From the NCBI GenBank assembly GCA_041690355.1, contig JAWLHK010000009.1:62001-126000 (forward strand): a stretch of DNA of 64,000 bases, read 5' to 3'. Source of the stretch: a bacterium. Lineage in GTDB: Bacteria; J088; JAWLBW01. Positions 53,017 through 62,441 of this stretch are shown in pieces. Both the position numbers and the translations under genes were made by a program. Each line of letters opens with the position of its first letter. Position 1 is the first letter of the stretch. The notes under the pieces are model-generated. The model was not told where the DNA came from. It made no database searches and saw only the letters and a program-made list of their open reading frames with translations.

Positions 53017-53808
53017 TTATTCCACCAGACCGGGCTGGATGTCGCTCAGGACGTCGTAGAACGGATCGCGCTTCTCGCCGCTTTCAATGGTGCGGATCAG
53101 CTCGACGGCTTTGCGCTTGCTCGTCTCGTACGTGAAGTACTGAATCTCGGTTTCCGGCTTCATGGCAGGAATTTTTCTCAGTTCCGCTATCGCCTCTTCG
53201 TTGCGCCCCGCCGCCCAGAGCAGGTCGGCGATGTAGAGGTTGTACAGGGTCTGGTTCGGCGCCCGTTTGCGCGCCTGCAGCACGTACTCCATGGCCTTCA
53301 CGTGATCCCCGATGCTGACCGGGAATCCGGGGAGTACCGTGTGCACCCGCCCCAGCTGCCCAAGGGCGCTGCCGTCGAGGTAGGCCGGGTTGAGCTCGGC
53401 GCTCTTTTCGAAGGCGCGCTTGATTTCGGGAATGAGCTGCAGGGAATTGAGCACGCCGCGCGTGAGCCCGGCGAGTCCCAGCCCCGCCCCGAGCCAGTGC
53501 CATCCCTCGGCGCCGTCAGGGCGAATCTGAATCGCCTCCTTGGCGTATTTCACGCAGATCCGGGCGTACCCGAGCCGGCGTTTGTTGCTCTCCTTCTCGA
53601 GCCGCCAGGCGTAAAAGGCCAGCTGCGAGGTGCGCACGCGAAGATCGTAATCCTTCGGGCTGGCGTCGGCCGCCTTGCTGAAGGCCCCGATCAGCTGCTC
53701 GACCCGCTTCTGCTGAACGGTGTCTTCCCATTTGTACTCGGGAGCCGCCGCCCGGGCCGGGACGGCCGCCAGCAGCAGGACGGCGAGAATCGAAACAAGA
53801 ACGCGCAT
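53017..53808 (-). CDS. Exported TPR-like (TatT-like) protein, paralog 1
   Basis: Signal peptide ending ARA; AFYAWRLEK, GWHWLG, GVLNSLQL, PGFPVSIGDH. Confidence 0.8.
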   Translation of the reverse strand: MRVLVSILAVLLLAAVPARAAAPEYKWEDTVQQKRVEQLIGAFSKAADASPKDYDLRVRTSQLAFYAWRLEKESNKRRLGYARICVKYAKEAIQIRPDGAEGWHWLGAGLGLAGLTRGVLNSLQLIPEIKRAFEKSAELNPAYLDGSALGQLGRVHTVLPGFPVSIGDHVKAMEYVLQARKRAPNQTLYNLYIADLLWAAGRNEEAIAELRKIPAMKPETEIQYFTYETSKRKAVELIRTIESGEKRDPFYDVLSDIQPGLVE

Positions 53809-53944
53809 GGTATGTCGGCTCAAACTGCGAAACAAAAATCGCCAGCACTATACCATGCGCGGCCCCGGCCTGGCGAGTTCCCGCCGGGGGCACGCAGCCG
53901 AAGTCGGCCCCCTTAGTGGCGGCGGCCCGCCCGCGACCCTCACC

Positions 53945-54652
53945 TCACCGCTCGGGGAGCCCGTTGTCGGCAACGGGTTTCCGGGCGAGGTCGACGCCGA
54001 GCCACTTCTCGTACAGGCGCGCGTATGGGTGATCAAGCGCATCGGAGGTCGGGTGCAGCCAGCCGCCGAAGCCGAGAACGGAGGCCACGAGCAGCACGGC
54101 CACGGCGCCGACCGGAATCCAGAACCGCCTGCCCTCGCGCCAACGCGGTGAGACCCGGATGCGCAACATACCAAGGGCATAGAGCAGACCGTTGGCGCCG
54201 TGGTAGAGTCCTGCCAGCGCGAGCAGCAGGTAATACGGATAGAAGAAGAACGGCTGCCACCAGAGGGCGAAGGCGACCCCCTCGAACTCGGGCGCGACCC
54301 CGAAGAGTACCTGCGGCCCGCGCACGGCGGCAATGTGCCCGAAGATGACGAGCGCAAGAAACCAGGCCGACCACCGGTGCAGCCGCATGCGCCAGGGGAC
54401 GCCGGCGGCCGGCCGGCGCCGCCGGGCGCGCAGGACACCCGCCGACAGGTGAACAACGAGCGGAACCAGAATCAGTCCGAACTCCACGAGCGGAAAGCGA
54501 TACCAGGGCCCGACCGCCGCCTGAAACCGCTCGTACCAGGCTTCGCTGAATGCGGCGAGCGCCGTATTCGCGAGATGCACCGCCAGAAAGACGGCGAAAA
54601 GGACCCCCGAGACCGCCTGCGCGCGGACCAGCGTTTCGTTTTGGACAGCCAT
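53945..54652 (-). CDS. His-rich multi-pass membrane protein (cytochrome b/SdhC-like or DUF1691-like)
   Basis: About five TMs with intramembrane His (LAVHLAN, VVHLSAG, FGHIAAVR, LYHGANG); GAGGAG RBS. Confidence 0.7.
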   Translation of the reverse strand: MAVQNETLVRAQAVSGVLFAVFLAVHLANTALAAFSEAWYERFQAAVGPWYRFPLVEFGLILVPLVVHLSAGVLRARRRRPAAGVPWRMRLHRWSAWFLALVIFGHIAAVRGPQVLFGVAPEFEGVAFALWWQPFFFYPYYLLLALAGLYHGANGLLYALGMLRIRVSPRWREGRRFWIPVGAVAVLLVASVLGFGGWLHPTSDALDHPYARLYEKWLGVDLARKPVADNGLPER

Positions 54653-54687
54653 GTGCATTCTCCTCTTCAGCATGGTTTTATAGAGAA

Positions 54688-54714
54688 GACTGCCGAACAT
54701 CCGGATTTGTGACA
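54688..54714 (-). promoter_or_regulatory. ECF41-type promoter
   Basis: Minus strand TGTCACA-16 nt-AGTC against the ECF41 consensus TGTCACA-N16-CGTC; points into 53945-54652. Confidence 0.7.
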
Positions 54715-55662
54715 GAAGGCTCTAAAATTGTGGGTGCCTCCCCCGATACAGACCGAACCAGCAAGCCGACGCCGGTACCGCCCGACGGGTTTCTGACCGA
54801 ACGGAGGCGGCTGCAGGCCCTCGCCTACAACATGACCGGCTCGGTCGCAACGGCCGAAGATATCGTGCAGGATGCGTGGCTGCGCTGGCAGACCGTCGAC
54901 TCGTCGGCCGTCGACAGCCCCCGGGCCTATCTGTACCGCATCGTCGTTAATCTGGCCACCACGGCTCTCGCGCGCCAGAAGCGGGAGCGGGACGGGTATC
55001 CCGGCGAGTGGCTGCCCGAGCCGTGGGTCACCCCCTGGGTACCCGGCGCCGACGACGCGGCCGAAGCGCGAGAACTCGCCTCGCTGGCGGTGCTGCACCT
55101 GCTCGACCGCCTGGGCCCCGCCGAGCGCAGCGTCTTCGTCCTGCGCACCTGCCTCGAAATGAGTTATGACGAGATCGCCCCTGTGCTCGGCAAGTCGGCG
55201 GCCGCCTGCCGGCAGATTGACTCCCGGGCGCGCCGCCGTCTCGGCCCCCTGCCCGATCGCGCCATGAACATCGAGGCCCGCGCCGGGGTCGTGCAGGCCT
55301 TCATGGCCGCGCTCGCCGGCGAAGACAAGGCCGGACTGCTTGCCCTGCTCACCGACGACGCCGTGGTCGTGCAGGACGGCGGCGGCAAGGTGCGCGCGGC
55401 GCGCAACATCGTGCGCAGCGCCGAGTTCGCGGCGCGCCTTTTTCTCGGCCTCTGGCGCAAGCGAGCCGCCGAAACAACTTACCTGCCGTGCGTCGTCAAC
55501 GGCGACCTGGGAATGGCCGAGTTCCATGGCGAGCGGCTGCACAGTGTATCGGCCATCCACTTCCGGGGCGGGCGGATTTTCGGAATCTACTCGGTCGTCG
55601 CTCCAGCGAAGCTCGATGCGGCGCGGCAGAGCCCGGCCTTCACGCCGCCTGACGCAGCCTGA
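54709..55662 (+). CDS. ECF41 (SigJ-like) sigma factor with C-terminal SnoaL-like extension
   Basis: LAYNMTGSVATAEDIVQDAW, YPGEWLPEP linker, LGPAERSVFVLR, QDGGGK; start codon uncertain (GTG 54709 or 54730). Confidence 0.9.
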   Translation: MTEGSKIVGASPDTDRTSKPTPVPPDGFLTERRRLQALAYNMTGSVATAEDIVQDAWLRWQTVDSSAVDSPRAYLYRIVVNLATTALARQKRERDGYPGEWLPEPWVTPWVPGADDAAEARELASLAVLHLLDRLGPAERSVFVLRTCLEMSYDEIAPVLGKSAAACRQIDSRARRRLGPLPDRAMNIEARAGVVQAFMAALAGEDKAGLLALLTDDAVVVQDGGGKVRAARNIVRSAEFAARLFLGLWRKRAAETTYLPCVVNGDLGMAEFHGERLHSVSAIHFRGGRIFGIYSVVAPAKLDAARQSPAFTPPDAA

Positions 55663-55667
55663 GCAGC

Positions 55668-56462
55668 CTACTGCGCGAGGCCCGGCGGGATGTCGCTGAC
55701 GACGTCAAAGAAGGGGTCGCGTTTTTCACGCGCGAGAATGCGCTGCCGCATTTCGGCGACTTTGTTGCGGCTCGTCTCGGCGATGAAGTACTGGATCTCG
55801 CTGGCGGGCTTGAGCGCCGCGAAGCGATCCAGCTCTGCCAGGGCCTCGTCGAAGCGTCCCCCGGCCCAGAGCAGGTCGGCGGCATAGAGATAGTGCACAG
55901 GCTGCACCCCGCCGCTGCGCCGTTTGGCCTCGGTCACCCGCAACAGGGCCGTCTTGTGATCGCCGATGCTGATGGGAAACCCCGGCACGACCGTGTAAAG
56001 CCGCCCCAGCTGCGCTAAAGCACTGGCGTCCAGGTAACCGGGATCCAGTTCGGCGCTCTTTTCGAAGACCCGACGAACGTCGGGCACCAGCTGCAGCGAA
56101 TTGAGCACGCCGCGCGTGAGCCCGGCGGCGCCGAGCCCCACCCCGAGCCAGTGCCATCCCTCGGCCCGTTCGGGCCCGATGCGAACCGCCGCGCGGCTCA
56201 TGCGCACGCACGCCTCGGCCAGAGACAGCCGCCTGCGGTTGTCGGTCTTTTCGAGACGCCAGGCGTAAAAGGCGAACGTCGCCGCCTTCACGTGCACTTC
56301 GTAATCGTCGGGCCGGCTGCGGGCCTGGTTCATGAAGCCGGTAAGCAGGGCGTCGACTTTGGCCGGATTCAGCAGATCGGGCCAGCGGTAGCCCGCGGCG
56401 TCCGCATCCCGGGGCAGCAGGGCCAGCAACACGGCCAGCAACAGCGGCGCGGCCCGTACCAT
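55668..56462 (-). CDS. Exported TPR-like (TatT-like) protein, paralog 2
   Basis: Signal peptide ending ADA; same motifs as paralogs 1 and 3. Confidence 0.8.
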   Translation of the reverse strand: MVRAAPLLLAVLLALLPRDADAAGYRWPDLLNPAKVDALLTGFMNQARSRPDDYEVHVKAATFAFYAWRLEKTDNRRRLSLAEACVRMSRAAVRIGPERAEGWHWLGVGLGAAGLTRGVLNSLQLVPDVRRVFEKSAELDPGYLDASALAQLGRLYTVVPGFPISIGDHKTALLRVTEAKRRSGGVQPVHYLYAADLLWAGGRFDEALAELDRFAALKPASEIQYFIAETSRNKVAEMRQRILAREKRDPFFDVVSDIPPGLAQ

Positions 56463-56466
56463 CAGG

Positions 56467-57300
56467 CTACCGCACCAGCCCCGGCTGAAAATCGCCGATG
56501 ACGTCGTAGAACGGATCCCGGCGCGCATCCGAGCGGATGAGCGCCTCCATCTCGGCCGCCTTGTCTTTGCTCACTTCGTAGACGAAATACTGGATTTCAT
56601 TCTCGACCGGTACGTTGACCATTTTGAGATGCTTCAAGGCTTCTTCTTCTTTGCCGGCCGCCCAGAGAACGTCGGCGATGTACATGTGGTGCAGCGACTG
56701 GTTCCCCTTCGAACGGGTCAGCGCCTCGTTCAGCAGTTCGAGCGCCTTCTTGTGATCGCCGATGCTGATGGGAAAGCCGGGGACCATCGTGTACAGGCGC
56801 GCCAGCTGCAGAAGCGCAGAGCCTTCAAGGTAATTCGGATTGAGCTCGATGCTGCGCTCGAAAGCGCGCTTGATCTCGGGCACCAGCTGCAGAGAATTGA
56901 GCACACCCTGCGTCAGGCCGATCGTGCCCAGGCCGGCGCCGTACCAGTGCCACCCCTCGGCCCCGTCCGGCCGCAGTTCGGTGGCCGTCTTGCCGAGCTG
57001 GGTCATGAGCTTCGCCATGCGCAGCTTCTTGGCGACGTCTTTCTTCTCGAGGCGCCAGGCATAGAAGGCCAGCTGCGCCGTGCGGCAGGCCAGGTCGTAA
57101 TCCTTCGGATGGGCCCGAACGGCGCCAAGATATTCGGTCAACAGGACGTCGACGCGATCAGGCTGGGTCGTCTCAGCCCATTTGTACGCGCGCGGCACCG
57201 CGCCGGCCGGTGACACACCGAAAACGGCGAACACGGCGCTCAGAGCCAGGACGACGATCGCGCGGTTCGGTATGGCGGGGAACTTCCTTCCGGCTTCCAC
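56467..57300 (-). CDS. Exported TPR-like (TatT-like) protein, paralog 3
   Basis: Signal peptide ending AGA; same motifs; GTG 57300 has a GGAGG RBS (alternative ATG 57330). Confidence 0.8.
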   Translation of the reverse strand: MEAGRKFPAIPNRAIVVLALSAVFAVFGVSPAGAVPRAYKWAETTQPDRVDVLLTEYLGAVRAHPKDYDLACRTAQLAFYAWRLEKKDVAKKLRMAKLMTQLGKTATELRPDGAEGWHWYGAGLGTIGLTQGVLNSLQLVPEIKRAFERSIELNPNYLEGSALLQLARLYTMVPGFPISIGDHKKALELLNEALTRSKGNQSLHHMYIADVLWAAGKEEEALKHLKMVNVPVENEIQYFVYEVSKDKAAEMEALIRSDARRDPFYDVIGDFQPGLVR

Positions 57301-57333
57301 TCGGGCCCCTCCGGGTACGGATTCGGGCATACT

Positions 57334-58032
57334 TTACCACGCGGGGGGTCCCAGCTCCAAACCGGTCAGCGCCCCGTGGCAGGTCGACATGCTCGCCAGC
57401 AGGATGCGCCCCGCGGGCCCGCCGCGGATACGTTCGCGCGCCGCCAGGAAAGCGGCGGCCGGCACGGTGCCCACGCCGAACCGCCAGTGCAGGCAGGGAA
57501 AAGCGAGAACCGTGTCGAAGCCCGCCGCCCGTGCATAAGGGTAGACCGAATCGCGCAGGTCCCATGCCTTGGGTCCGCGGGTCGCCGGACAGCGCGGCGG
57601 CTCGATGCAATGCACCGGGCAGGTCCAGTCGGCGAAGCTCACATACCGCTGGTCTTCTCCTGCGGCCTGATCGTATCGGGTCCCCTCTCCCATCGGCGCA
57701 AGGGGGGCAGAACCCAGGTTGCGGCCGGCCGCAGCCGCTTCGAGGCGCAGCCAGTCGGCCACGAGAGCGCCTTGAAAGGGGGATGGAACGAGGTGGTCGC
57801 CGGGTCCGATTTCACCGGCGGCCACCGCCCCGGCAATCAGCTGCGCCCACTCGCCGACTCGGAGCGAGAGGGAATCGGCCGGATCGCGATCGACCCATGC
57901 GCGGCAGTGCGAATCGCGGTCGAGAAGAATCCAGCGGCTGGGCGGGAGTTTTCCATGATCGCGCGCCTTGCGCAGCTGGCGCACATAGCCCGAACCGTAG
58001 CATCCTCCGCCGATGATCCAGACGTTGACCAT
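57334..58032 (-). CDS. Hypothetical protein with a Rossmann-like N-terminus and Cys-rich motif
   Basis: WIIGGGCYG...LLDRD; WTCPVHCIEPPRCP; STCHG. Confidence 0.75.
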   Translation of the reverse strand: MVNVWIIGGGCYGSGYVRQLRKARDHGKLPPSRWILLDRDSHCRAWVDRDPADSLSLRVGEWAQLIAGAVAAGEIGPGDHLVPSPFQGALVADWLRLEAAAAGRNLGSAPLAPMGEGTRYDQAAGEDQRYVSFADWTCPVHCIEPPRCPATRGPKAWDLRDSVYPYARAAGFDTVLAFPCLHWRFGVGTVPAAAFLAARERIRGGPAGRILLASMSTCHGALTGLELGPPAW

Positions 58033-58086
58033 GGCCATCAGGGTAGCACGTACCGCACTTCGGCCGCGGGAGGACGCGCGCGGATC

Positions 58087-58707
58087 CTATTTACGCTTGC
58101 GGGCGGCCTTGCTCGGCCCCTTCGCGAGGCCGCTCTGCCAGAGAAATTCCGGCTCGCCGTACTGCATGCCGACCCACCGGCCGAGCACGAACAGAAAGTC
58201 ACTCAGCCGGTTCAGGTAGCGCAGCGCTTCGGAGCGCACGGCCTCTGCACGGCTGAGGGCGAGCACGACCCGCTCGGCCCGCCGGCACACCGTTCGCGCG
58301 AGATGAAGGTGCGCATGCACCGGCCCCCCGCCGGGAAGGATGAAGGACTTCAGCGGCGGGAGTTCGGGGGTCCACGCATCCATGCAGGCTTCAAGATGAT
58401 CGATATCTTCGGCGCCGACCCTGGGCATCCCGTCCACCAGGTCTTCGGGCAGGCAGGCCAGCTCGCTCCCCAGATCGAAAAGCGCCTGCTGCACGATCTG
58501 CAGCTCGCGTTCAACGCGCTCGGTGACCGGACCCGCGCCGCGTGCGAGATTGTGCGCGCGTACCAGACCGAGCGTTGCGTTCAGCTCGTCGATCGTCCCG
58601 TAGGACTCGATGCGCAGACTGTCTTTGGGTACCCGCGCGCCACCGACGAGCGACGTCTCGCCGCTGTCTCCCGTGCGTGTGTAAACCTTGGTGATGCGAA
58701 TGGCCAT
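58087..58707 (-). CDS. pduO: PduO-type ATP:cob(I)alamin adenosyltransferase
   Basis: KVYTRTGDSGET, YGTIDELN, LFDLG, FILPGG, RTVCRRAER, YLNRLSDFLF. Confidence 0.93.
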   Translation of the reverse strand: MAIRITKVYTRTGDSGETSLVGGARVPKDSLRIESYGTIDELNATLGLVRAHNLARGAGPVTERVERELQIVQQALFDLGSELACLPEDLVDGMPRVGAEDIDHLEACMDAWTPELPPLKSFILPGGGPVHAHLHLARTVCRRAERVVLALSRAEAVRSEALRYLNRLSDFLFVLGRWVGMQYGEPEFLWQSGLAKGPSKAARKRK

Positions 58708-58740
58708 ATGGATTGATCGTACCCGATGCCGCCGCGGCGG

Positions 58741-60348
58741 TCACTCTTCGACACCCGCCCCGCCCGGCTCGGCAGGCGCGGGGCGCACGGTTTCGCCGGC
58801 GTCGAGGGCGCGGCGCGCGATGAGCGAGCGGCGGAACTCGCCGCGCGCGGTCTGCTCGCCCGAGGCGCTTGAAAGCGGCTGGGCGGGAATCCGCGGACGC
58901 AGCGCTACCCCGTGCCGCCGACCGATGGCGCGGGCGCGGGCGAGCAGCGGCTCGGTCAATTCAGGCCGGGCGCACAGCGTATCGAAGTCTTCACCCAGCC
59001 CCGCGGCCCGGCCCCAGGCACGCACGACGGGCTCGCGCAGGGAGAGAAGCGCCACATGGTTCATCGGCTCGGGTCCGCTGACGAAAGCCGTGGCCACGAA
59101 CGGGTGCGCCGCGATCTCTTCTTCCATTCGCCGCGCGGCGTGCAATGCAGCGGCCTCGCCGCGTTCGGCGCCGTGCGGTTCCAGATCGGCAATCCACGGT
59201 CCCAGGCTGCGGGCCCAGTCGCCGGTCGCCTGCCACCAGGCCGTCGCCCGGCTGCTCCAGTCGAACGCCAGATTCCCCTGCCGGGTACCGAGCTGAATGT
59301 GGGGTAGCACGCTGCCGAAACCCGCGCCCGCTTCTTCCCACGTGCAGAAGCCGAACGCCTCGACCAGCCCGTAGCCCCAGGTCAGCCGCAGCCCGGCCCG
59401 CCGAACCTGGCGGCGAATCGGCTCGACTGGCACCGAAAAGCCCGTGTGAAGGCCGCGCAGGCCGGGCCATGCGGCACGAAGGCGCCGGGCCACCCGCCGC
59501 TGGAGCAACAGGCCGCTGAAGCCGCGCGGCAGGGGGTTCGGGCCGAGCACCGGCCAGGTCTCGGCAAAAAGTCGGTCCGACGCCTCACCGGCGGTCGCCA
59601 CCCACTCGAACGGCTCGTCGGGAAAAGCGGAACCGATCGATACGGCGCGCCCCGCGCAGACGGCCGCCCAGAGCAGCGCGCTGTGATCGACGAGTTCGAG
59701 CCGACCGCCGAAATGAAGCATGGGGCCCGTACCCAGCCGTCCGGCCACAGCCTGCGCCTGCTCGGCCAGCCGGCCGTGCGACGCCCGTACGGCGCGGGGC
59801 AGCGACAGGCTGCCGGCCGAAAACAGAATGGCGGCCGCATCCTCGTCGGTCTGCGCTATCTCACGCTGCGCGACCTCGATCGGCTTGTCGGCCAGGATCG
59901 GCTCGGCGCTCCGCGAGAGCATCTCGAGCGACACGACGGCGGGATTGCGGATGCGGCCGTGCTGGAGGATCAGCTGGACGATCCCCGGCACGGCCTTCAT
60001 GGCGCGTACGGCGCGGTCGGCTTCGGCCTCGCCGGCGCAAAAAACGTATCTGGGTTTCGCCTGCTGCAGCAGGCGGGCGAGAATCTGGTCGTCCTGCGTG
60101 GCCGGCAGGAGGGCAAAGTTCGCGCCGGCGCGCAGCACCCCGAGCAGCAGCCAGGGCCAGTCGGCGTCGGCCGTCCCGTAAAAGGCGACCGTTTCGCCGG
60201 CCTGCAGGCGGTGCCCGACGAGCGCCGCGGCGAAATGGCGCGCACGCTCGAGTGCTTCATGGCCGCGGAGGGCGCCCTGCGGGCCCCGCAGCACGACGGC
60301 ATCGGCCTGCCGGTGCCAGGCCTCCATCCACTGTTCGATGAAGCGCAT
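58741..60348 (-). CDS. AMP-binding (long-chain acyl-CoA synthetase-like) protein with degenerate catalytic motifs
   Basis: ANL-like layout; WGYGLVEA retained; P-loop reads LFSAGSLSLPRAV; ATGDW; C-terminal QTARGEFRR. Confidence 0.7.
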   Translation of the reverse strand: MRFIEQWMEAWHRQADAVVLRGPQGALRGHEALERARHFAAALVGHRLQAGETVAFYGTADADWPWLLLGVLRAGANFALLPATQDDQILARLLQQAKPRYVFCAGEAEADRAVRAMKAVPGIVQLILQHGRIRNPAVVSLEMLSRSAEPILADKPIEVAQREIAQTDEDAAAILFSAGSLSLPRAVRASHGRLAEQAQAVAGRLGTGPMLHFGGRLELVDHSALLWAAVCAGRAVSIGSAFPDEPFEWVATAGEASDRLFAETWPVLGPNPLPRGFSGLLLQRRVARRLRAAWPGLRGLHTGFSVPVEPIRRQVRRAGLRLTWGYGLVEAFGFCTWEEAGAGFGSVLPHIQLGTRQGNLAFDWSSRATAWWQATGDWARSLGPWIADLEPHGAERGEAAALHAARRMEEEIAAHPFVATAFVSGPEPMNHVALLSLREPVVRAWGRAAGLGEDFDTLCARPELTEPLLARARAIGRRHGVALRPRIPAQPLSSASGEQTARGEFRRSLIARRALDAGETVRPAPAEPGGAGVEE

Positions 60349-60357
60349 CGGGGTGCC

Positions 60358-61557
60358 TCAGCGAAAACGGACGCGCAGGAATTTGCGCTTGCCCGCGCGG
60401 AGCAGCGCCTCGTCGGCCGCGCCGAAGTCATGGTTCTCGCCGGCGGCCTTCACGCCGTCGATCTGCAGCCCCCCCTGCTGAACGAGCCGTTTGCCTTCGC
60501 TGGAGCCGCCCACCAGGCCCAGTTCGTGAAGGAACTTCGGCAGCCAGACGGGCCCTGCGGGGCGGGGCACTTCCCGCTCGGGGACGTCTTCGGGAATCTC
60601 GCCCTTGCTGAAGACCTTGCGGAAATTTTCGAGCGCCGCGTTGGCCGCGTCGGCACCGTGAAACCGGGCGGCCAGCTCGACGGCGAGCGCCTCCTTGGCC
60701 TCCTTCGGGTGCACGCGGCCTTCGCGAACCGCCTCGTACCGCTCGGGATCGACGTCACTCAACAGCTCGTAATAGCGCATCATGAGCGTGTCGCTGGTGC
60801 TCATGACCTTGCCGAAAATCTCGGCCGCCGGCTCGGTGATGCCGATGTAGTTGCCCAGGCTCTTGCTCATCTTCTGCACGCCGTCAAGCCCTTCGAGCAG
60901 CGGCACCGTCATGACGCACTGGGGGGCCTGGCCCGCTTCTTTCTGAAGTTCGCGGCCGACGATCAGATTGAACTTCTGGTCGGTGCCGCCGACCTCGACG
61001 TCGGCCTTGAGCGCGACCGAATCGTATCCCTGCACGAGCGGGTAAAGAAATTCGTGGATGGCGATGGGCCGGTGTTCGGCATAGCGTTTGGAAAAGTCGT
61101 CGCGCTCGAGCATGCGCGCCACGGTATACTTCGCGGCGAGGCGCACGACGTCGTCGGCCTTCATGGCGCCCATCCACTCGCTGTTGAAGCGGACCTCGGT
61201 CTTCTCCGGGTCGAGTATCTTGAAGACCTGGCTCTTGTACGTTTCGGCGTTGCGGCGGATCTCGTCTTCGCTGAGCGGCTTGCGGGTTTCGTTCTTGCCC
61301 GTCGGGTCGCCGATGAGGGCCGTGAAATCGCCGATGAGAAAGATGACCTGATGCCCCAGCTGCTGAAACTGGCGCAGTTTCTGGATCAGCACGGTATGGC
61401 CCACGTGCAGGTCGGGGGCCGTCGGGTCAAACCCGGCTTTCACGCGCAGGGGACGGCCGCTGCGCAGCTTTTCGAGGAAATCTTCCTGTGGAAGGACCTC
61501 GACGATGCCGCGCGAAAGAATTTTCCACTGTTCTTCGGCGCTGGGGAGCTTGATCAT
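60358..61557 (-). CDS. tyrS: Tyrosine--tRNA ligase
   Basis: [35 protein letters not shown]-terminal S4 domain. Confidence 0.97.
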   Translation of the reverse strand: MIKLPSAEEQWKILSRGIVEVLPQEDFLEKLRSGRPLRVKAGFDPTAPDLHVGHTVLIQKLRQFQQLGHQVIFLIGDFTALIGDPTGKNETRKPLSEDEIRRNAETYKSQVFKILDPEKTEVRFNSEWMGAMKADDVVRLAAKYTVARMLERDDFSKRYAEHRPIAIHEFLYPLVQGYDSVALKADVEVGGTDQKFNLIVGRELQKEAGQAPQCVMTVPLLEGLDGVQKMSKSLGNYIGITEPAAEIFGKVMSTSDTLMMRYYELLSDVDPERYEAVREGRVHPKEAKEALAVELAARFHGADAANAALENFRKVFSKGEIPEDVPEREVPRPAGPVWLPKFLHELGLVGGSSEGKRLVQQGGLQIDGVKAAGENHDFGAADEALLRAGKRKFLRVRFR

Positions 61558-62339
61558 TGCGGTTGGTACGGTTCCTGAATGCGGCGGATGGCGGTGGCGC
61601 GCCCGTCGGCTTCGTCGACGTCGACCAGAATTCCCTGTAACTTCACGTTCCCCTTGGCCACCTCGAGGCGCGTCGGCATGCCGGTTAGAAAGCGCTCGAT
61701 GGCCAGCTCCTTCTTCATCCCGATGACCGAATCGAGGGGGCCGGTGAGGCCGGCGTCGGTGATGAAGGCCGTGCCGCCGGGAAGGATGCGTTCGTCGGCG
61801 GTCTGCACATGGGTGTGCGTGCCGAAGACGATGGAGCAGTGGCCGTTCAGGTGCCAGCCGATGGCCTGCTTCTCGCTCGAGGCCTCGCCGTGAAAGTCGA
61901 CGATGAGCACGCGCGTATCGCGGCGCATCTCGCGCAGCAGATCCATGGCCATCGTGAACGGGTTCTCGAGGGGATACATGAAGACGCGCCCCATGAGGTT
62001 GGCGACGCCGACTTCGACGCCCCCCTTGCTGCGGACCACCACATGCCCCTTGCCGGGCGCGTTCGAGTAGTTGGCCGGGCGCAGCAGGCGCGGTTCAGAC
62101 TCGATATAGGAGATGATGTCCTTCTTGTCCCAGGAGTGATTGCCTCCGGTGACGACGTCGGCGCCGGCGGCAAAGAGCTCCTTGCAGGTCTCTTCGGTGA
62201 ACCCGAACCCCCCCGCGACGTTTTCGCCGTTGACGACCGTGAAATCGACCCTCTCCCGCTGGATGAGACCCGGTAGCAAATGGCGCACGGCCTTGCGGCC
62301 GGGTTCGCCCATGACGTCGCCGATACAGAGAATACGCAT
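61554..62339 (-). CDS. ymdB: YmdB/TIGR00282 metallophosphoesterase
   Basis: [46 protein letters not shown] overlap with tyrS. Confidence 0.93.
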   Translation of the reverse strand: MRILCIGDVMGEPGRKAVRHLLPGLIQRERVDFTVVNGENVAGGFGFTEETCKELFAAGADVVTGGNHSWDKKDIISYIESEPRLLRPANYSNAPGKGHVVVRSKGGVEVGVANLMGRVFMYPLENPFTMAMDLLREMRRDTRVLIVDFHGEASSEKQAIGWHLNGHCSIVFGTHTHVQTADERILPGGTAFITDAGLTGPLDSVIGMKKELAIERFLTGMPTRLEVAKGNVKLQGILVDVDEADGRATAIRRIQEPYQPQ

Positions 62340-62441
62340 AGAACCATTCAGAGTAACGGTGGCGGCAGCAGGTTTCAAGCGGAATGCGGGCTGGGATAAG
62401 GGCGGATTCCGTCCGGCCCGGGCCCCGTTGCAGTCAGAGGT

